Positions 41,573 to 53,216 of a stretch of 64,000 bases of DNA are shown in pieces. Source of the DNA: an uncultured delta proteobacterium. GTDB taxonomy: Bacteria; Myxococcota; Myxococcia; Myxococcales; Anaeromyxobacteraceae. The translations under genes and the position numbers were made by a program. The number at the start of each line of letters is the position of its first letter. The first letter of the stretch is position 1. Below the pieces are notes generated by a model. The model saw nothing but the letters and a program-made list of their open reading frames with translations. It was not told the DNA's origin and did not search any database. The stretch lies in NCBI GenBank assembly GCA_963828255.1, contig CAWHDZ010000026.1, forward strand, positions 1 through 64,000, in the 5' to 3' direction.

Positions 41573-43012
41573 ATGGACGTCCTCTTCGTCTCCTCCGAGG
41601 TTGCCCCCTTCTCCAAGACCGGCGGGCTGGGCGACGTCGCCGCCTCCCTGCCCGGCGCGCTCTCCGCCCGTGGCCACCGGGTGGCGGTGGTCACGCCCCG
41701 CTACGGCGGGATCGACCCGCAGCGGCACGGGTTCACCTGGCTTCCCACCGCGCTGGAGGCCCGCGGCGAGCACTGCGGGCTGTGGCTCAAGAAGGGCGGG
41801 CCGGGTACACCAGAGGTGTACCTCCTGGAGCACGACCTCTTCTATGGATTCCGCCAGAACCCCTACGGCGACGGCGGGGGCGACTTCCCGGACAACCCGG
41901 CCCGCTTCGCGTTCCTGGCCCGGGCCGCGCTCGAGCTTCCGCGGGCGCTCCGGTTCCGGCCGGCGGTGGTCCACTTCAACGACTGGCAGACGGCGCTCGG
42001 CCCATGGTTCCTGCGCGCCGAGCACCACGACGACCCGTGGCTCTCCGGGGCGCGCAGCGTCTACACCATCCACAACCTGGCCTACCAGGGCATGTTCCCG
42101 AAGTCGTTCATGGACGTCCTCGGGCTCCCCTGGTCGATCTTCCGTCTCGACCGCGGGGTCGAGTTCCACGATCAGCTCAACTTCATGAAGGCCGGGCTCT
42201 CCTTCGCCGACGCCCTCACCACCGTCTCGCCCAACTACGCCCGCGAGGTCCTCACCGTCGAGGGCGGCTACGGCCTCGACACCGTGCTGCGCAGCCGCAG
42301 CGGCGACCTCTTCGGGATCCTGAACGGCATCGACGACAAGGAGTGGAACCCGGCCCACGACCCGCACCTCCCGGTCCACTACGACTGGCGCGACCTGCGC
42401 GGCAAGGTCCGGGTCAAGGCGGCCCTGCAGGCCGAGCTCGGACTCCCGGTGAAGCCGCACGTCCCTCTGGTCGGCCTGGTGGGGCGGCTCGCCGACCAGA
42501 AGGGCATCGACCTCCTGGCGGCGGCCACGCCGGCGCTGCTCCGCTCCGACGCCCAGTTCGCCCTGCTGGGCAGCGGGCAGCGGGAGTTCGAGGAGTTCTT
42601 CGCCTGGGTGGGACGCGAGCGGCCCGACCGCTTCGCGGCCCGCATCGGCTTCGACGAGGGGATGGCCCACCGCATCGAGGCCGGCGCCGACCTCTTCCTC
42701 ATGCCCAGCCGGTTCGAGCCCTGCGGGCTGAACCAGATGTACAGCCTGCGCTACGGCACGCCGCCGGTGGCGCGTGCGGTGGGCGGGCTCGTGGACACGG
42801 TGGAGGACTATGACGGGTGGAAGCGGGGGAACGGCTTCCTCTTCGGCCCGCTCGACCCGGTGGCGCTGGTGGTGGCGACGCGGCGCGCCCTCGACGTCTG
42901 GCGCGACGTGCGCGCCTGGCGGGGGATCCAGGAGCGCGGGATGGAGATCGACTTCTCCTGGGGGAGGAGCGCGGAGCGGTACGAGGCGCTGTACCGGGGG
43001 CTGGCGGAGTAA
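41573..43012 (+). CDS. glgA: Glycogen synthase
   Basis: KTGGLGDV, NDWQT, TIHNLAYQG, PSRFEPCGLNQ. Confidence 0.96.
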   Translation: MDVLFVSSEVAPFSKTGGLGDVAASLPGALSARGHRVAVVTPRYGGIDPQRHGFTWLPTALEARGEHCGLWLKKGGPGTPEVYLLEHDLFYGFRQNPYGDGGGDFPDNPARFAFLARAALELPRALRFRPAVVHFNDWQTALGPWFLRAEHHDDPWLSGARSVYTIHNLAYQGMFPKSFMDVLGLPWSIFRLDRGVEFHDQLNFMKAGLSFADALTTVSPNYAREVLTVEGGYGLDTVLRSRSGDLFGILNGIDDKEWNPAHDPHLPVHYDWRDLRGKVRVKAALQAELGLPVKPHVPLVGLVGRLADQKGIDLLAAATPALLRSDAQFALLGSGQREFEEFFAWVGRERPDRFAARIGFDEGMAHRIEAGADLFLMPSRFEPCGLNQMYSLRYGTPPVARAVGGLVDTVEDYDGWKRGNGFLFGPLDPVALVVATRRALDVWRDVRAWRGIQERGMEIDFSWGRSAERYEALYRGLAE

Positions 43013-43040
43013 CGTCCGCCCCCCAAGCGGCGCGCTGCTC

Positions 43041-43274
43041 TCAGCCGCCCCGGCGCCTCGACGGCGACGCCATCAGCCGGAAGAAGGCCCGGTCATCGGC
43101 CCGCTCGGCCCGGTAGGGCTGGTCGAGGTACAGCCAGTATCCCGTCCCGTCCTGCTCCACCGCATCCGGGTGGCGCTGGAGGAGGAACCACAGGCCTGTC
43201 TCGGTGACCGTCGGAACGCCGTCGCGCACGACGTGGATGAGCCCCCAGGGAGCCCACGGGTTTGTGTCCCACAT
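43041..43274 (-). CDS. Small hypothetical protein (about 77 aa)
   Basis: MWDTNPWAPWGLIHVVRDGVPTVTETGLWFLLQRHP...; protein-like composition; fills the gap between convergent genes. Confidence 0.5.
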   Translation of the reverse strand: MWDTNPWAPWGLIHVVRDGVPTVTETGLWFLLQRHPDAVEQDGTGYWLYLDQPYRAERADDRAFFRLMASPSRRRGG

Positions 43275-43339
43275 GGCGTTGGCGATTAGCACGTGGACGC
43301 CGCCCCGGCAACGTCCGTCGGGGCGCGCCTGTCCCCCGG

Positions 43340-44542
43340 TCACTCCAGTCCGCGGGACCGCAACCCCTCGTCGCTCTCCCCGTGCAGGTGCCCGAGCTCG
43401 TGCAGGAGCGTGACCCGCACCTGCTCGGAGAGCTGCGCCCGGTCCCGGGCGAAGCGAAGCAGGTTGCGCCGGTAGAGCACGATGGAGCGGCAATCCGGCC
43501 CCTCCCGGGCCAGGCAGGGCTCGCCGAGCGACGGCCCCCGGAAGAGCCCCAGGATCGACGGCGAGAGCGGCGGCTCCACCGCCGTGAGGTCCGCATAGGC
43601 GGGGATCTCCTCCACCTCGACCGGCACCCCGGCGAGCGCCGCGCGCTCGCCCTCGGGCAGCTCGGAGAGCGCCCGGCGAAGCTCGGCCTCGAAGGCGGCC
43701 CGCGAGAGGTCCACCGGCGGCCGGAGGTCTCGCGGCGCGAGCCTCGCCGCCCGCCCGAGCAGCTCGTGCGCCCGACGCTCCTCGCCGGCCCGCTCGGCGA
43801 GCAGCCCCAGGTGGTGCAGCGCCCACGGGTCCCTGGGCGACTGCCGGAGCACCCGCTCGAAGGCCCGCCGCGCCGGGGCGAAGCGGCAGAGCTCGAAGAG
43901 GGCCACGCCGCGCTCGTAGTGTGCGTCCACGTCGCGCGGGTCGAGGGCCACCGCGCTCTCGAGGTGCCTGAGCGCCTCCCGGCTGCGCCCCAGCTCGTTC
44001 CCGGCCATTCCGGCGAGCACGAGCAGGCGCGTCACGAGCGACCGGTCGGCGCGCGGCCCGGAGGTGGCGCGCTCGGCGCCGCGCAGCGCCAGGTCGAGCC
44101 CCGCCTCCAGCGAGTCACGGTCGCCGAAGTGGGTGACGTGGAGATCGGCGGCGACGAGGAGGGTGGCCGGGTCGTCCGGGTCGGCCGCCAGCAACCGGGA
44201 GAGCGCCGCGCGGGCGTCGGCGTCACGGTCGAGCGCGGCCAGCGCCAGTGCCCTCTCGCGCAGCGGCGCGCGGTCGCGCGGATCGCCCGCCAGCGCCTCG
44301 TCGGCGCAGGCGAGCGCCGCCTCGTGGTGGGCGCCCTCCCGTGCGCGGGTCGCCGCCTGCGTGAGCTCGCCCGAGGTCGGGTTCTCGTGGCCGGGCAGGC
44401 AGGGGCCGGGCGGTTCGCGGACCGGGGCCTGCGCCTCGGCCGGCGTCGGGGAGGCGCGGCCGCCTCGCGCGCCGTCGTCCTGCTCCGGAGCCCGTGCCGT
44501 GCAGGCGCCGGCGACGAGAAGGGCGGCGAACGCGATCCGCAT
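43340..44542 (-). CDS. Lipoprotein with TPRs and C-terminal minimal zincin (Zincin_1) metalloprotease
   Basis: VAGAC lipobox, TPR repeats, LGLFRG, IVLYRRN, HELGH. Confidence 0.85.
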   Translation of the reverse strand: MRIAFAALLVAGACTARAPEQDDGARGGRASPTPAEAQAPVREPPGPCLPGHENPTSGELTQAATRAREGAHHEAALACADEALAGDPRDRAPLRERALALAALDRDADARAALSRLLAADPDDPATLLVAADLHVTHFGDRDSLEAGLDLALRGAERATSGPRADRSLVTRLLVLAGMAGNELGRSREALRHLESAVALDPRDVDAHYERGVALFELCRFAPARRAFERVLRQSPRDPWALHHLGLLAERAGEERRAHELLGRAARLAPRDLRPPVDLSRAAFEAELRRALSELPEGERAALAGVPVEVEEIPAYADLTAVEPPLSPSILGLFRGPSLGEPCLAREGPDCRSIVLYRRNLLRFARDRAQLSEQVRVTLLHELGHLHGESDEGLRSRGLE

Positions 44543-44550
44543 GGGTCCCC

Positions 44551-45666
44551 TCACCGGACCGGTCCCCGGGGCGCGAGGCGCGAGGGAGCGAACGGGGCGA
44601 GATCCACCGGCGTGGGGCGGCCGAGGACCGCCGCGCTCACCGCGTCGGCCGTCACCGGGGTGAGCAGCACGCCGTTGCGGTAGTGGCCGGTGGCGTAGAA
44701 GAGCCCGGGGACGCGTCCCGGACCGAGGATGGGCAGCCCGTCCGGCGTGGCCGGCCGGAAGTTGGACCAGGTCTCCACGACCGGCGCCCCGGCGAGCCCC
44801 GGCGCGACCTCCACCGCGAGCTGAAGCACGTGCAGGAGGCCCCCCGCGGTCACCGCCTTCTCGAAGCCCGCCTCCTCCATGGTGGAGCCGCAGAGGATGC
44901 GCCCGTCCGGCCGCGGGACCAGGTAGCCCTTGTCGGAGAAGACCACGCGGGAGAGCAGGGGAGGGCGCGTGTCCAGCACCGCGATCTGCCCGCGCACCGG
45001 CCGGACCGCACCCGCCGGAAGGTCGTTGCCGGCCACCTGCATCGACCAGGCCCCGGCTGCGAGCACCACCGCGCCGGCCGGGATGCGCCCCGACTCGTGA
45101 TCCACGCCGACCACCCGCCCGCCCTCGACGGCGATGCCCCGGACCTGCCCCTGCACGAAGCGGGCGCCGGCGCGGGCCGCGGCGACGTGCAGCGCGCGGC
45201 CGAGCAGCCTCGGATCGACCGAGGCCTCCCCGGGGAACCAGATCCCGCCGCGGGTCTCGGGCGAGAGCCCCGGCTCGAGCCGCCGGACGGCGTCGCCGTC
45301 GAGCACCGACACCTCGAGGCCGGCCCGCTCGAGCATGGCCGCGCGGGCGGCCAGCACCGGCGTGAAGCGGTCGTCCACCGACACCTCGAGCGTGCCGCCG
45401 CCGCGGAAGCCCACCCAGGAGCCGGAGAGCTGCTCCACCTCCGTGGCGAAGTCCCTCCAGCGGGAGAGCGACTGCACGCACAGATCGTGGAAGGGTCCCG
45501 GCTCCGCCTCCACCCCGGGCGAGAGGATCCCGCCCGCGGCGCTGGAGGCCTCCGCGCCGGGGATGCTGCGCTCGAGCACCACGACGCCCAGCCCGGCCTG
45601 GGCGAGGCGCAGGGCCACGCCGCAGCCCTGGAGGCCCGCGCCGACGAGGACGACGTCCGTGCTCAT
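44551..45666 (-). CDS. thiO: Glycine oxidase
   Basis: VGAGLQG, ASSAAGGIL, RPVRGQ, RPATPDGLPILG, GHYRNGVLL. Confidence 0.88.
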   Translation of the reverse strand: MSTDVVLVGAGLQGCGVALRLAQAGLGVVVLERSIPGAEASSAAGGILSPGVEAEPGPFHDLCVQSLSRWRDFATEVEQLSGSWVGFRGGGTLEVSVDDRFTPVLAARAAMLERAGLEVSVLDGDAVRRLEPGLSPETRGGIWFPGEASVDPRLLGRALHVAAARAGARFVQGQVRGIAVEGGRVVGVDHESGRIPAGAVVLAAGAWSMQVAGNDLPAGAVRPVRGQIAVLDTRPPLLSRVVFSDKGYLVPRPDGRILCGSTMEEAGFEKAVTAGGLLHVLQLAVEVAPGLAGAPVVETWSNFRPATPDGLPILGPGRVPGLFYATGHYRNGVLLTPVTADAVSAAVLGRPTPVDLAPFAPSRLAPRGPVR

Positions 45667-45726
45667 GCTCCGCACCGTATCGCCGCGCGGGAGCGCGGCC
45701 AAGGGCCGATGCGGCCGACCCCTGGG

Positions 45727-46344
45727 CTACTTGGCCTCGAGCCCGTGCAGCAGCACGTCGCTCACCAGCGCCTTCCAGGAGTCGCTCGACGGGGCGCCGC
45801 CCTCGAAGAAGGAGTGGGTCGATTCGTGGGCCGCGGCGACCAGCGCCGCGAACCCGGCCACGGCCAGGACCGCCATCTCCGGGTCCACCCCGGCCCGCAG
45901 CGCGTGGCCGTTGCCCTGGCGCATCACCTCGGTGAGGCGCCGCATCGGCATGACCACGCTCGGATCGGAGGCCACGATCTCGCGGAGGAACGGCCCGCCG
46001 TCGAGCAGCTCGCGGATCACGATCTGGCTCGCCTCGGGGTCCTTCATGCGCGTCTCGAGGTAGGCCGAGACGACGCCGTGGGCGCCGCCGCTGGTCTCGA
46101 TCTGCCCGGCGATCTCCTTCGCCCCTTCCGTCCAGATGGACTTGAGGATCTCGACGTAGAGCGCCCGCTTCGACGCCCAGTGCCGGTAGAGGAGCGCGAC
46201 GTTGCAGCCGGCCCGCTTGGCGATGCCCTGGACCCGCGCACCGTGGTAGCCCCGGCTGGAGAATTCGGTTCGCGCCGCCGCCCACAGCCGGGAGGCAATC
46301 CGTCCACCGGGCGCAGCAGCCGTCGTCGTTGCCTGGGTTTCCAT
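45727..46344 (-). CDS. TetR/AcrR family regulator
   Basis: F..RGYHGARVQGIAKRAGCNVALLYRHWASKRAL. Confidence 0.9.
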   Translation of the reverse strand: METQATTTAAAPGGRIASRLWAAARTEFSSRGYHGARVQGIAKRAGCNVALLYRHWASKRALYVEILKSIWTEGAKEIAGQIETSGGAHGVVSAYLETRMKDPEASQIVIRELLDGGPFLREIVASDPSVVMPMRRLTEVMRQGNGHALRAGVDPEMAVLAVAGFAALVAAAHESTHSFFEGGAPSSDSWKALVSDVLLHGLEAK

Positions 46345-46532
46345 GGGCGACCTCCTGAATGAGAAGACGTTCATCTCGATGGGTAAATGACTTGAATCAA
46401 GATGGACTCATGAAGTCTACAATAAACCGTTCCAGGCGCAAGTCGGGACCCATCCGGGTGCTATCACCCGGCCAGGTCTCCTCCGACCCCCTGGGGTCCG
46501 GCCCCGCGGAGGCCGGTGATAAAGAGGATGGG

Positions 46533-47789
46533 ATGCGGTCCATCCTCCACCTCGACCTCGACGCCTTCTTCGCCTCGGTCGAGCAGCTCGACGATCCGGG
46601 GCTCCGGGGGCGGCCGGTCATCGTGGGGGGGACCTCGGGGCGAGGGGTGGTCTGCGCCGCCAGCTACGAGGCGCGCCGTTCCGGGGTGCGCTCCGCCATG
46701 CCCACCGCGGAGGCCCGCCGCCGCTGCCCCGCCGGTGTCTTCCTCCCCCCGCGCTTCGAGCGCTACGGGGAGCTGTCCCGCCAGGTCTTCGGCATCTACC
46801 GCCGCTACACGCCTCTCGTCGAGCCGCTCTCCCTCGACGAGGCCTTCCTCGACGTGACCCGCAGCCGCGCCCTTCACGGGGAGCCCGGGCACATTGCACG
46901 AAAGGTGAAGGACGAGGTCCGGGAGGGGACGGGCCTCACCGTCTCGGCCGGCGTGGCCGACTGCAAGATGGCGGCGAAGATCGCCTCCGACCTGGGGAAG
47001 CCCGACGGGCTGGTGGCCGTGCCCCCCGGGACCACCGCAGCGTTCCTGGAGCCGCTCCCGGTCTCGCGCCTGTGGGGGGTGGGGAAGGTCACCGGGCAGG
47101 CCCTGCGCGCGCTCGGGATCGCCACCATCGGGGAGCTGGCCCGCTTCCCGGAGCAGGTCCTGGTGGAGCGGTTCGGCTCGCAGGGCGCCCACATGCGCGC
47201 CCTCTCCCGCGGCGACGACCCGCGCCCCGTCGTCCCCGACGAGGAGGCCCACTCGGTCGGGGCCGAGGACACCTTCGAGCGCGACCTCCTGGGGGAGGCG
47301 GCGCTGCTCCCGCAGCTGCTCGACCAGAGCGTGCGCGTGGCCCGGAGGCTCCGGGAGGCGGGGTTGCGCGGCCGGGTCGTGACGCTCAAGGTGAAATTCG
47401 CCGACTTCGAGCAGCTCACCCGCCGCTCCACGCTGCCCCACCCCACCGACGACGGCGGGGAGATCTACCGGTCGATCCGGGAGGACCTGGCCCGGGCCGG
47501 GCTCGACCGGCCGGTTCGGCTCACCGGGGTGACGGTGTCGGGGTTCGACGCCGGGGAAGCTCCGAAGGACCAGCTCGGGCTCTTCGGAGGGGAGCCGGAG
47601 ACGGCCCCGAGGGAGGGGGAGGGGAAGCGCGAGGCGCTCAACGCAGCTCTGGACGCCCTGGCCAACCGCTTCGGCGAGGGGGCGGTGAAGCCGGCCACCC
47701 TGGTGGAGCGGGAGCCCGAGACGCTGCGCGCCCGGATCCGCTGGCCCACCCGTGGCGGCAAGGGCGGCGCCGGGCCTGGACCGACCTAG
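46533..47789 (+). CDS. dinB: DNA polymerase IV
   Basis: HLDLDAFFASVE, ASYEAR, SLDEAFLD, KPDGL. Confidence 0.96.
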   Translation: MRSILHLDLDAFFASVEQLDDPGLRGRPVIVGGTSGRGVVCAASYEARRSGVRSAMPTAEARRRCPAGVFLPPRFERYGELSRQVFGIYRRYTPLVEPLSLDEAFLDVTRSRALHGEPGHIARKVKDEVREGTGLTVSAGVADCKMAAKIASDLGKPDGLVAVPPGTTAAFLEPLPVSRLWGVGKVTGQALRALGIATIGELARFPEQVLVERFGSQGAHMRALSRGDDPRPVVPDEEAHSVGAEDTFERDLLGEAALLPQLLDQSVRVARRLREAGLRGRVVTLKVKFADFEQLTRRSTLPHPTDDGGEIYRSIREDLARAGLDRPVRLTGVTVSGFDAGEAPKDQLGLFGGEPETAPREGEGKREALNAALDALANRFGEGAVKPATLVEREPETLRARIRWPTRGGKGGAGPGPT

Positions 47790-48224
47790 CTAGAACGGCA
47801 GGAGCGAGCGCCCCATGCCGAGGAGCGGCCAGGGAACGGCCAGCACCGCGACGACCAGGGCGGCCAGGTAGAACCGGTAGGCGGTCCGCCAGCGCCCGGC
47901 GTCGTCGAGCATGCGCCGCGACTTCACGCTCCCGATGTGGACGAGCGCCACCACGGCGATGCCCGCCAGCGGATGGACGAAGGTCCAGTAGTGGGAGCGC
48001 CCCCCGGCGGTGATGGCGTTGGGGGAGAGCCAGAGCCACATCGCGAGGCCGAGGAGGAGCTGGAGGTCCGCCACCGCGGCCAGCACCACGCCGGGGACGC
48101 GAGCCTTCCGGGTGAAGGCCCGCCCGTCGTGGAGGCCAGCCCGGGCCGAGAAGGCGGCCCAGGCGGCGGCGGCCAGCACGGCCCAGCGGAGGATGGAGTG
48201 TGCGAACAGGACGACGAGGAGCAT
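47790..48224 (-). CDS. 4-TM membrane protein with His residues in TM segments
   Basis: HSILRW, DLQLLLGL, HP, HIG. Confidence 0.7.
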   Translation of the reverse strand: MLLVVLFAHSILRWAVLAAAAWAAFSARAGLHDGRAFTRKARVPGVVLAAVADLQLLLGLAMWLWLSPNAITAGGRSHYWTFVHPLAGIAVVALVHIGSVKSRRMLDDAGRWRTAYRFYLAALVVAVLAVPWPLLGMGRSLLPF

Positions 48225-48249
48225 GGGCGGCCTCTCTGATGTTCCTGCG

Positions 48250-48630
48250 CTAGTGGTGCATGGGCGGCGGCCCCGCGATGCGGCGGATCCGGTCGAGGAT
48301 CTCCTCCATCCCGACGCTCTTCGGGATGAAGCCCTGGACCCCCAGCAGCTCCGATTCCCACTCGTAGCCGTAGGCGGACAGGATGAGGACGGGGATGTGG
48401 GCGGTGGACTGCTCCTTGCGCATGCGCTCGACGACGCCCCAGCCGTCGAGGACCGGCATCTTGAGGTCGAGGAGGACGACGCCGGGGGTCTCGACCGCGA
48501 TGCGACGGAGGGCCAGCTCGCCGTTTCCGGCCTGCTCCACCGGGTAGCCAGCCTCGGAGAGCACTTCGCAGAGAGCCTCGCGGAAGTCGTCGTCGTCGTC
48601 GACGACCAGGATGGCCTGCCCCGGGGTCAC
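48250..48630 (-). CDS. Single-domain response regulator
   Basis: ILVVDDD, LLDLKMPVLDG, ILSA, K; GTGA overlap. Confidence 0.9.
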   Translation of the reverse strand: MTPGQAILVVDDDDDFREALCEVLSEAGYPVEQAGNGELALRRIAVETPGVVLLDLKMPVLDGWGVVERMRKEQSTAHIPVLILSAYGYEWESELLGVQGFIPKSVGMEEILDRIRRIAGPPPMHH

Positions 48631-49601
48631 GCCGCCACCTCGGGGGCGCCCTGGAGCGTGGCCACGATCTCGGAGGCCACGCGGCGCGCCTCGTCGAGAC
48701 GGTCGGGGTCGAGCGACACCGCGCCCACCACCGGGTGACCGCCGCCGCCGTAGCGCTCGCAGATGCGGGAGATGTCGTGGGCCCGCGGGGGGCGCGCCCA
48801 GGGATTGGAGCCCACCGAAACCTTGGAGCGCTTGGCGTCGTGCGAGACCGTGACGGTGTAGCGGGCCTCCGGGAAGAGCCAGTAGAGGACGAACTTGTTG
48901 CCGGTCTCGAGCCCGGCGGCGGCCAGGTCGAGGAAGGCCACGCCCCCCTCGACGCGCGCAGCGGCCCTGACCGCGTCGATGGAGCGGAAGTGGCGTTCCA
49001 GGACCGGAGCCAGGGGGCCCTCGATCCAGGGCTCGGCAGCCACCTCGCCGAGGGGGCGCGTGCGCAGCGCCACGATGAGCTTCCCGGGGGCGGCGGGATC
49101 GCGGGTGGCCTCGAGGAAGGTCATGATGCGCAGCGCGGGCTCCGCCAGCTTCACCGCCATCTCGGCCGAGGGGAAGGCGGCCGCATCGATCACGTCGGCC
49201 CATCGGACCAGCTCGGCCAGATCGGGGGCCTCGAACCCGAATCGCTCCCGGGTCACCCGGGAGATGAAGCCGGTGCAGGAGGGGGCCTTCGGGTCCCAGA
49301 AGCGCTGCCCGGACCGATCGGCCTCGTAGTGGGCACGGTCGGAGGCCGGCTGGAAGGCGCTCTGGTGGTGGTCGAACCACCAGTCGAGGCGGGGGGACGG
49401 GGAGTAGCGGAAGTCCACGATCGCGTTCAGATCGGCCCGGAAGGCGTCCGCCGGGATGGCGCCCGCCGCCTGGTGCTGCAACGGGACGTGCTCGATGGCG
49501 CGGAGGCCGGGGCCCAGGCGGGCCTGGAGGAAGCGCCCCAGCAGCGCCGCCGAGGCGCAGCCGTCGAAGCAGTTGGCGTGGTAAAGAATGCGGGCGTCCA
49601 T
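48627..49601 (-). CDS. DHH/DHHA1 phosphoesterase
   Basis: [20 protein letters not shown]. Confidence 0.88.
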   Translation of the reverse strand: MDARILYHANCFDGCASAALLGRFLQARLGPGLRAIEHVPLQHQAAGAIPADAFRADLNAIVDFRYSPSPRLDWWFDHHQSAFQPASDRAHYEADRSGQRFWDPKAPSCTGFISRVTRERFGFEAPDLAELVRWADVIDAAAFPSAEMAVKLAEPALRIMTFLEATRDPAAPGKLIVALRTRPLGEVAAEPWIEGPLAPVLERHFRSIDAVRAAARVEGGVAFLDLAAAGLETGNKFVLYWLFPEARYTVTVSHDAKRSKVSVGSNPWARPPRAHDISRICERYGGGGHPVVGAVSLDPDRLDEARRVASEIVATLQGAPEVAA

Positions 49602-49705
49602 GCGGCGGGTCGGATCTAAGGGTTGCGGCAGGGCCCCGTCAACGAAAGCATCCACCCCCCCCTTCCGGTCGACGCGGCGAGGGGTGCGCGCTACACTCCG
49701 CGGCG

Positions 49706-50667
<962 letters not shown>

Positions 50668-50671
<4 letters not shown>

Positions 50672-51567
50672 GCCCGCGCCCCCCCGACGAGGTCCGCGGC
50701 TCCACGCAGACCCAGGTGGTGATCCTGACCGGCGTCTCGGGGTCGGGGAAGACCACCGCGCTGCGCGCCCTCGAGGACGGCGGCTTCTACTGCGTCGACA
50801 ACTTCCCCATCGTCTTCCTCGAGAAGCTGCTCGAGCTCTCCGGCCACACCGCCGGCGAGGTCTCCCGCATCGGCCTGGTGGTGGACGCTCGCGAGCAGCG
50901 CTTCCTGGCCGACGCCCCCCGGATCGTCGAGGACCTGCGCCGCAAGGGGGCCGACGTCACCGTCCTCTTCTTCGACTCCTCCGACGAGTCGCTCATCCGC
51001 CGCTACTCGGAGACCCGCCGCCGCCACCCGCTGGCCGGGGGCTCGGGCAGCGTCCCGGAGGGCATCGCCGCCGAGCGCAAGGCGCTCGAGCCCCTGCGCG
51101 CCGTGGCCGACGAGGTGGTGGACACCACGCGGCTCAACGTCCACGAGCTGAAGCGGCTTGTGCACAACCGCTTCGTGGGCGCCGGCGCCGACGCCATGGG
51201 CGTGACCCTGGTCTCCTTCGGGTTCCGCACCGGCATCCCCGCCCACGCCGACCTGGTCCTCGACGTGCGCTTCCTGCCCAACCCCTACTTCGTCCCCGAG
51301 CTGAAGCCCTTCCCGGGCACCGAGCCCAGGGTGCGCGACTTCGTCCTCGGGCAGGAGGACGCGCAGCGCTTCCTGGAGAAGGCCGAGGACCTGGCCGGAT
51401 TCCTCATCCCCCGCTACCGCGCCGAGGGGAAGACCTACCTGACCGTGGCCATCGGGTGCACCGGCGGGCGCCACCGCTCGGTGGCCATCGCGACCGAGCT
51501 GGCGGCCCGAATGGGCAAGCGCGGGATCCCGGTCCGGGTCTGGCACCGCGACGTTGACAAGGAGTGA
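50668..51567 (+). CDS. rapZ: RNase adapter RapZ (YvcJ)
   Basis: [39 protein letters not shown]. Confidence 0.95.
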
Positions 51568-51573
51568 ACGATC

Positions 51574-52014
51574 ATGATCGGGGTGGTGATCGCGACGCAC
51601 GGCAGGCTCGCGGAGGAGGCCCTGGCCTGCGCCGAGGGGATCGTCGGGGTGCTGCAGCGCGCCCGCGCCGTCTCGGTCTCCTCGGCCCTGCCGCTCGACG
51701 CCGCACGCGAGGCCATCGCCGCCGCCATCCGCGACGTGGAAGAAGGGGACGGGGTGCTCATCCTCACCGACATGCTGGGGGGAACGCCGGCCAACCTGGC
51801 GCTGGGCTTCCTCGGCGACCGCGTCGACGTCATCACCGGCGTGAACCTCCCCATGCTGCTCAAGCTCTCCACCTGCCGGACCCCCGAGGCCACGCTCCCC
51901 GACGTGGCCCGCCTCATCTGCGCCTACGGCCAGAAGAACGTCACGCTGGCGAGCGACCTGCTCCGGCCCAGGGGCGCCGCCGGCCCTGCGCCGGGGGGCG
52001 GAGGATCGGCATGA
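51574..52014 (+). CDS. PTS mannose-family EIIA
   Basis: ATHG, DMLGGTP, GVNLPML. Confidence 0.93.
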   Translation: MIGVVIATHGRLAEEALACAEGIVGVLQRARAVSVSSALPLDAAREAIAAAIRDVEEGDGVLILTDMLGGTPANLALGFLGDRVDVITGVNLPMLLKLSTCRTPEATLPDVARLICAYGQKNVTLASDLLRPRGAAGPAPGGGGSA

Positions 52015-52505
52015 TCGCGCTCGTCCGCATCGACGAGCGGCTGGTCCACGGGCAGGTGCTCGTGGGCTGGGTCCCGCACCTCGGCGCGCGGCGGGTGGTG
52101 GTCGCGGACGACGAGGCGGCCCGCAGCCCGCTGGCCCGGGCGGCCATGTCGCTGGCGCTCCCCCCTGGAGTGGAGGCGTCGGTGGATGCGCTGGGCGCGG
52201 TGGACTGGGAGGCGCTCGGGCGCTCCCCCGACCCGGTGCTGGTGGTGCTCCGCGACGTGGCCCTGGCCGAGCGGGCGCTCGCCGCCGGGCTCACCCCCGG
52301 GCGGGTCGCCGTCCTGAACGTCGGGAACGTCCACTACGCCGAGGGGCGGCGGCAGGTGACGCCGTCGGTCTTCCTCTCCGGGGCCGAGGTGGAGGGGCTG
52401 CGCCGGCTCGCCGCCGCCGGCTTCCGGGTCGAGATCCGGGCGGTCCCCCTCGACGCCCCCATCGACCTGGCCGAGATCGAGCGGCGCTGGGCCGCCGCCG
52501 GCTGA
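52011..52505 (+). CDS. PTS mannose/sorbose-family EIIB
   Basis: RIDERLVHGQV, NVGN. Confidence 0.92.
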   Translation: MIALVRIDERLVHGQVLVGWVPHLGARRVVVADDEAARSPLARAAMSLALPPGVEASVDALGAVDWEALGRSPDPVLVVLRDVALAERALAAGLTPGRVAVLNVGNVHYAEGRRQVTPSVFLSGAEVEGLRRLAAAGFRVEIRAVPLDAPIDLAEIERRWAAAG

Positions 52506-52520
52506 TAGGATCGGGAAAGC

Positions 52521-53216
52521 GTGGACTACCTCGTCGTCGCCGTGGTCGCCGGGCTCGCGGCGGTGGAGCGAAAGGGCTTCCTCCAGGCCATGCTCTCCCG
52601 CCCGGTGGCGCTCGCCCCCATCGTCGGGTTCGCCCTCGGCGACCTCCCGGGCGGCCTCCTGCTCGGCCCGCCGCTGGAGCTGCTCTGGCTGGGGGCGGTG
52701 AACATGGGCGCGTCGCTGCCGCCCAACGAGGCCCTCGCCACCACGGCCATCACCGGCGGTGCGGTGCTGGCCGGCGGGGCGCTCGGCACCGGGGTCACCC
52801 CCGCGGTGGCGGTGCTCGCGGTGGCGGCGGCGGGGATGATGGCCACGCTGGGGCGCACCACCGACCGGGCCATCGAGGAGTGGAACGTGCGGCTGGCCGC
52901 CCGGGCCGAGCTCCTGCTCGGGCGCGGGTTCCCCGCCGCCGCGATGCGCGAGAACCTCTACGGGCTGGCCGCGCCCTTCGCCGTGTCGGCGCTGCTCGCC
53001 CCCGCGGCCGCGGCGCTCGTGGCGCTCGTCGTCCCCGCCGTCCTGCGCGGGTTCCCCACCCTGAACGCCCCGCTCGGCTGGGGGTGGGCGGCGCTCCTGG
53101 GGCTGGCCGCCGCCGCCGGCGCGCGGGCCTTCCGCAGCGCGCGGGGCATCGGCCTCTTCGCCGGGGCCGCAGCGGTCACCCTCGCGGTGGGCTGGCTCCT
53201 GGGAGGGACCCGGTGA
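52521..53216 (+). CDS. PTS mannose-family EIIC
   Basis: SRPV, ELLWLG...GASLPP, TM-rich. Confidence 0.88.
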   Translation: MDYLVVAVVAGLAAVERKGFLQAMLSRPVALAPIVGFALGDLPGGLLLGPPLELLWLGAVNMGASLPPNEALATTAITGGAVLAGGALGTGVTPAVAVLAVAAAGMMATLGRTTDRAIEEWNVRLAARAELLLGRGFPAAAMRENLYGLAAPFAVSALLAPAAAALVALVVPAVLRGFPTLNAPLGWGWAALLGLAAAAGARAFRSARGIGLFAGAAAVTLAVGWLLGGTR

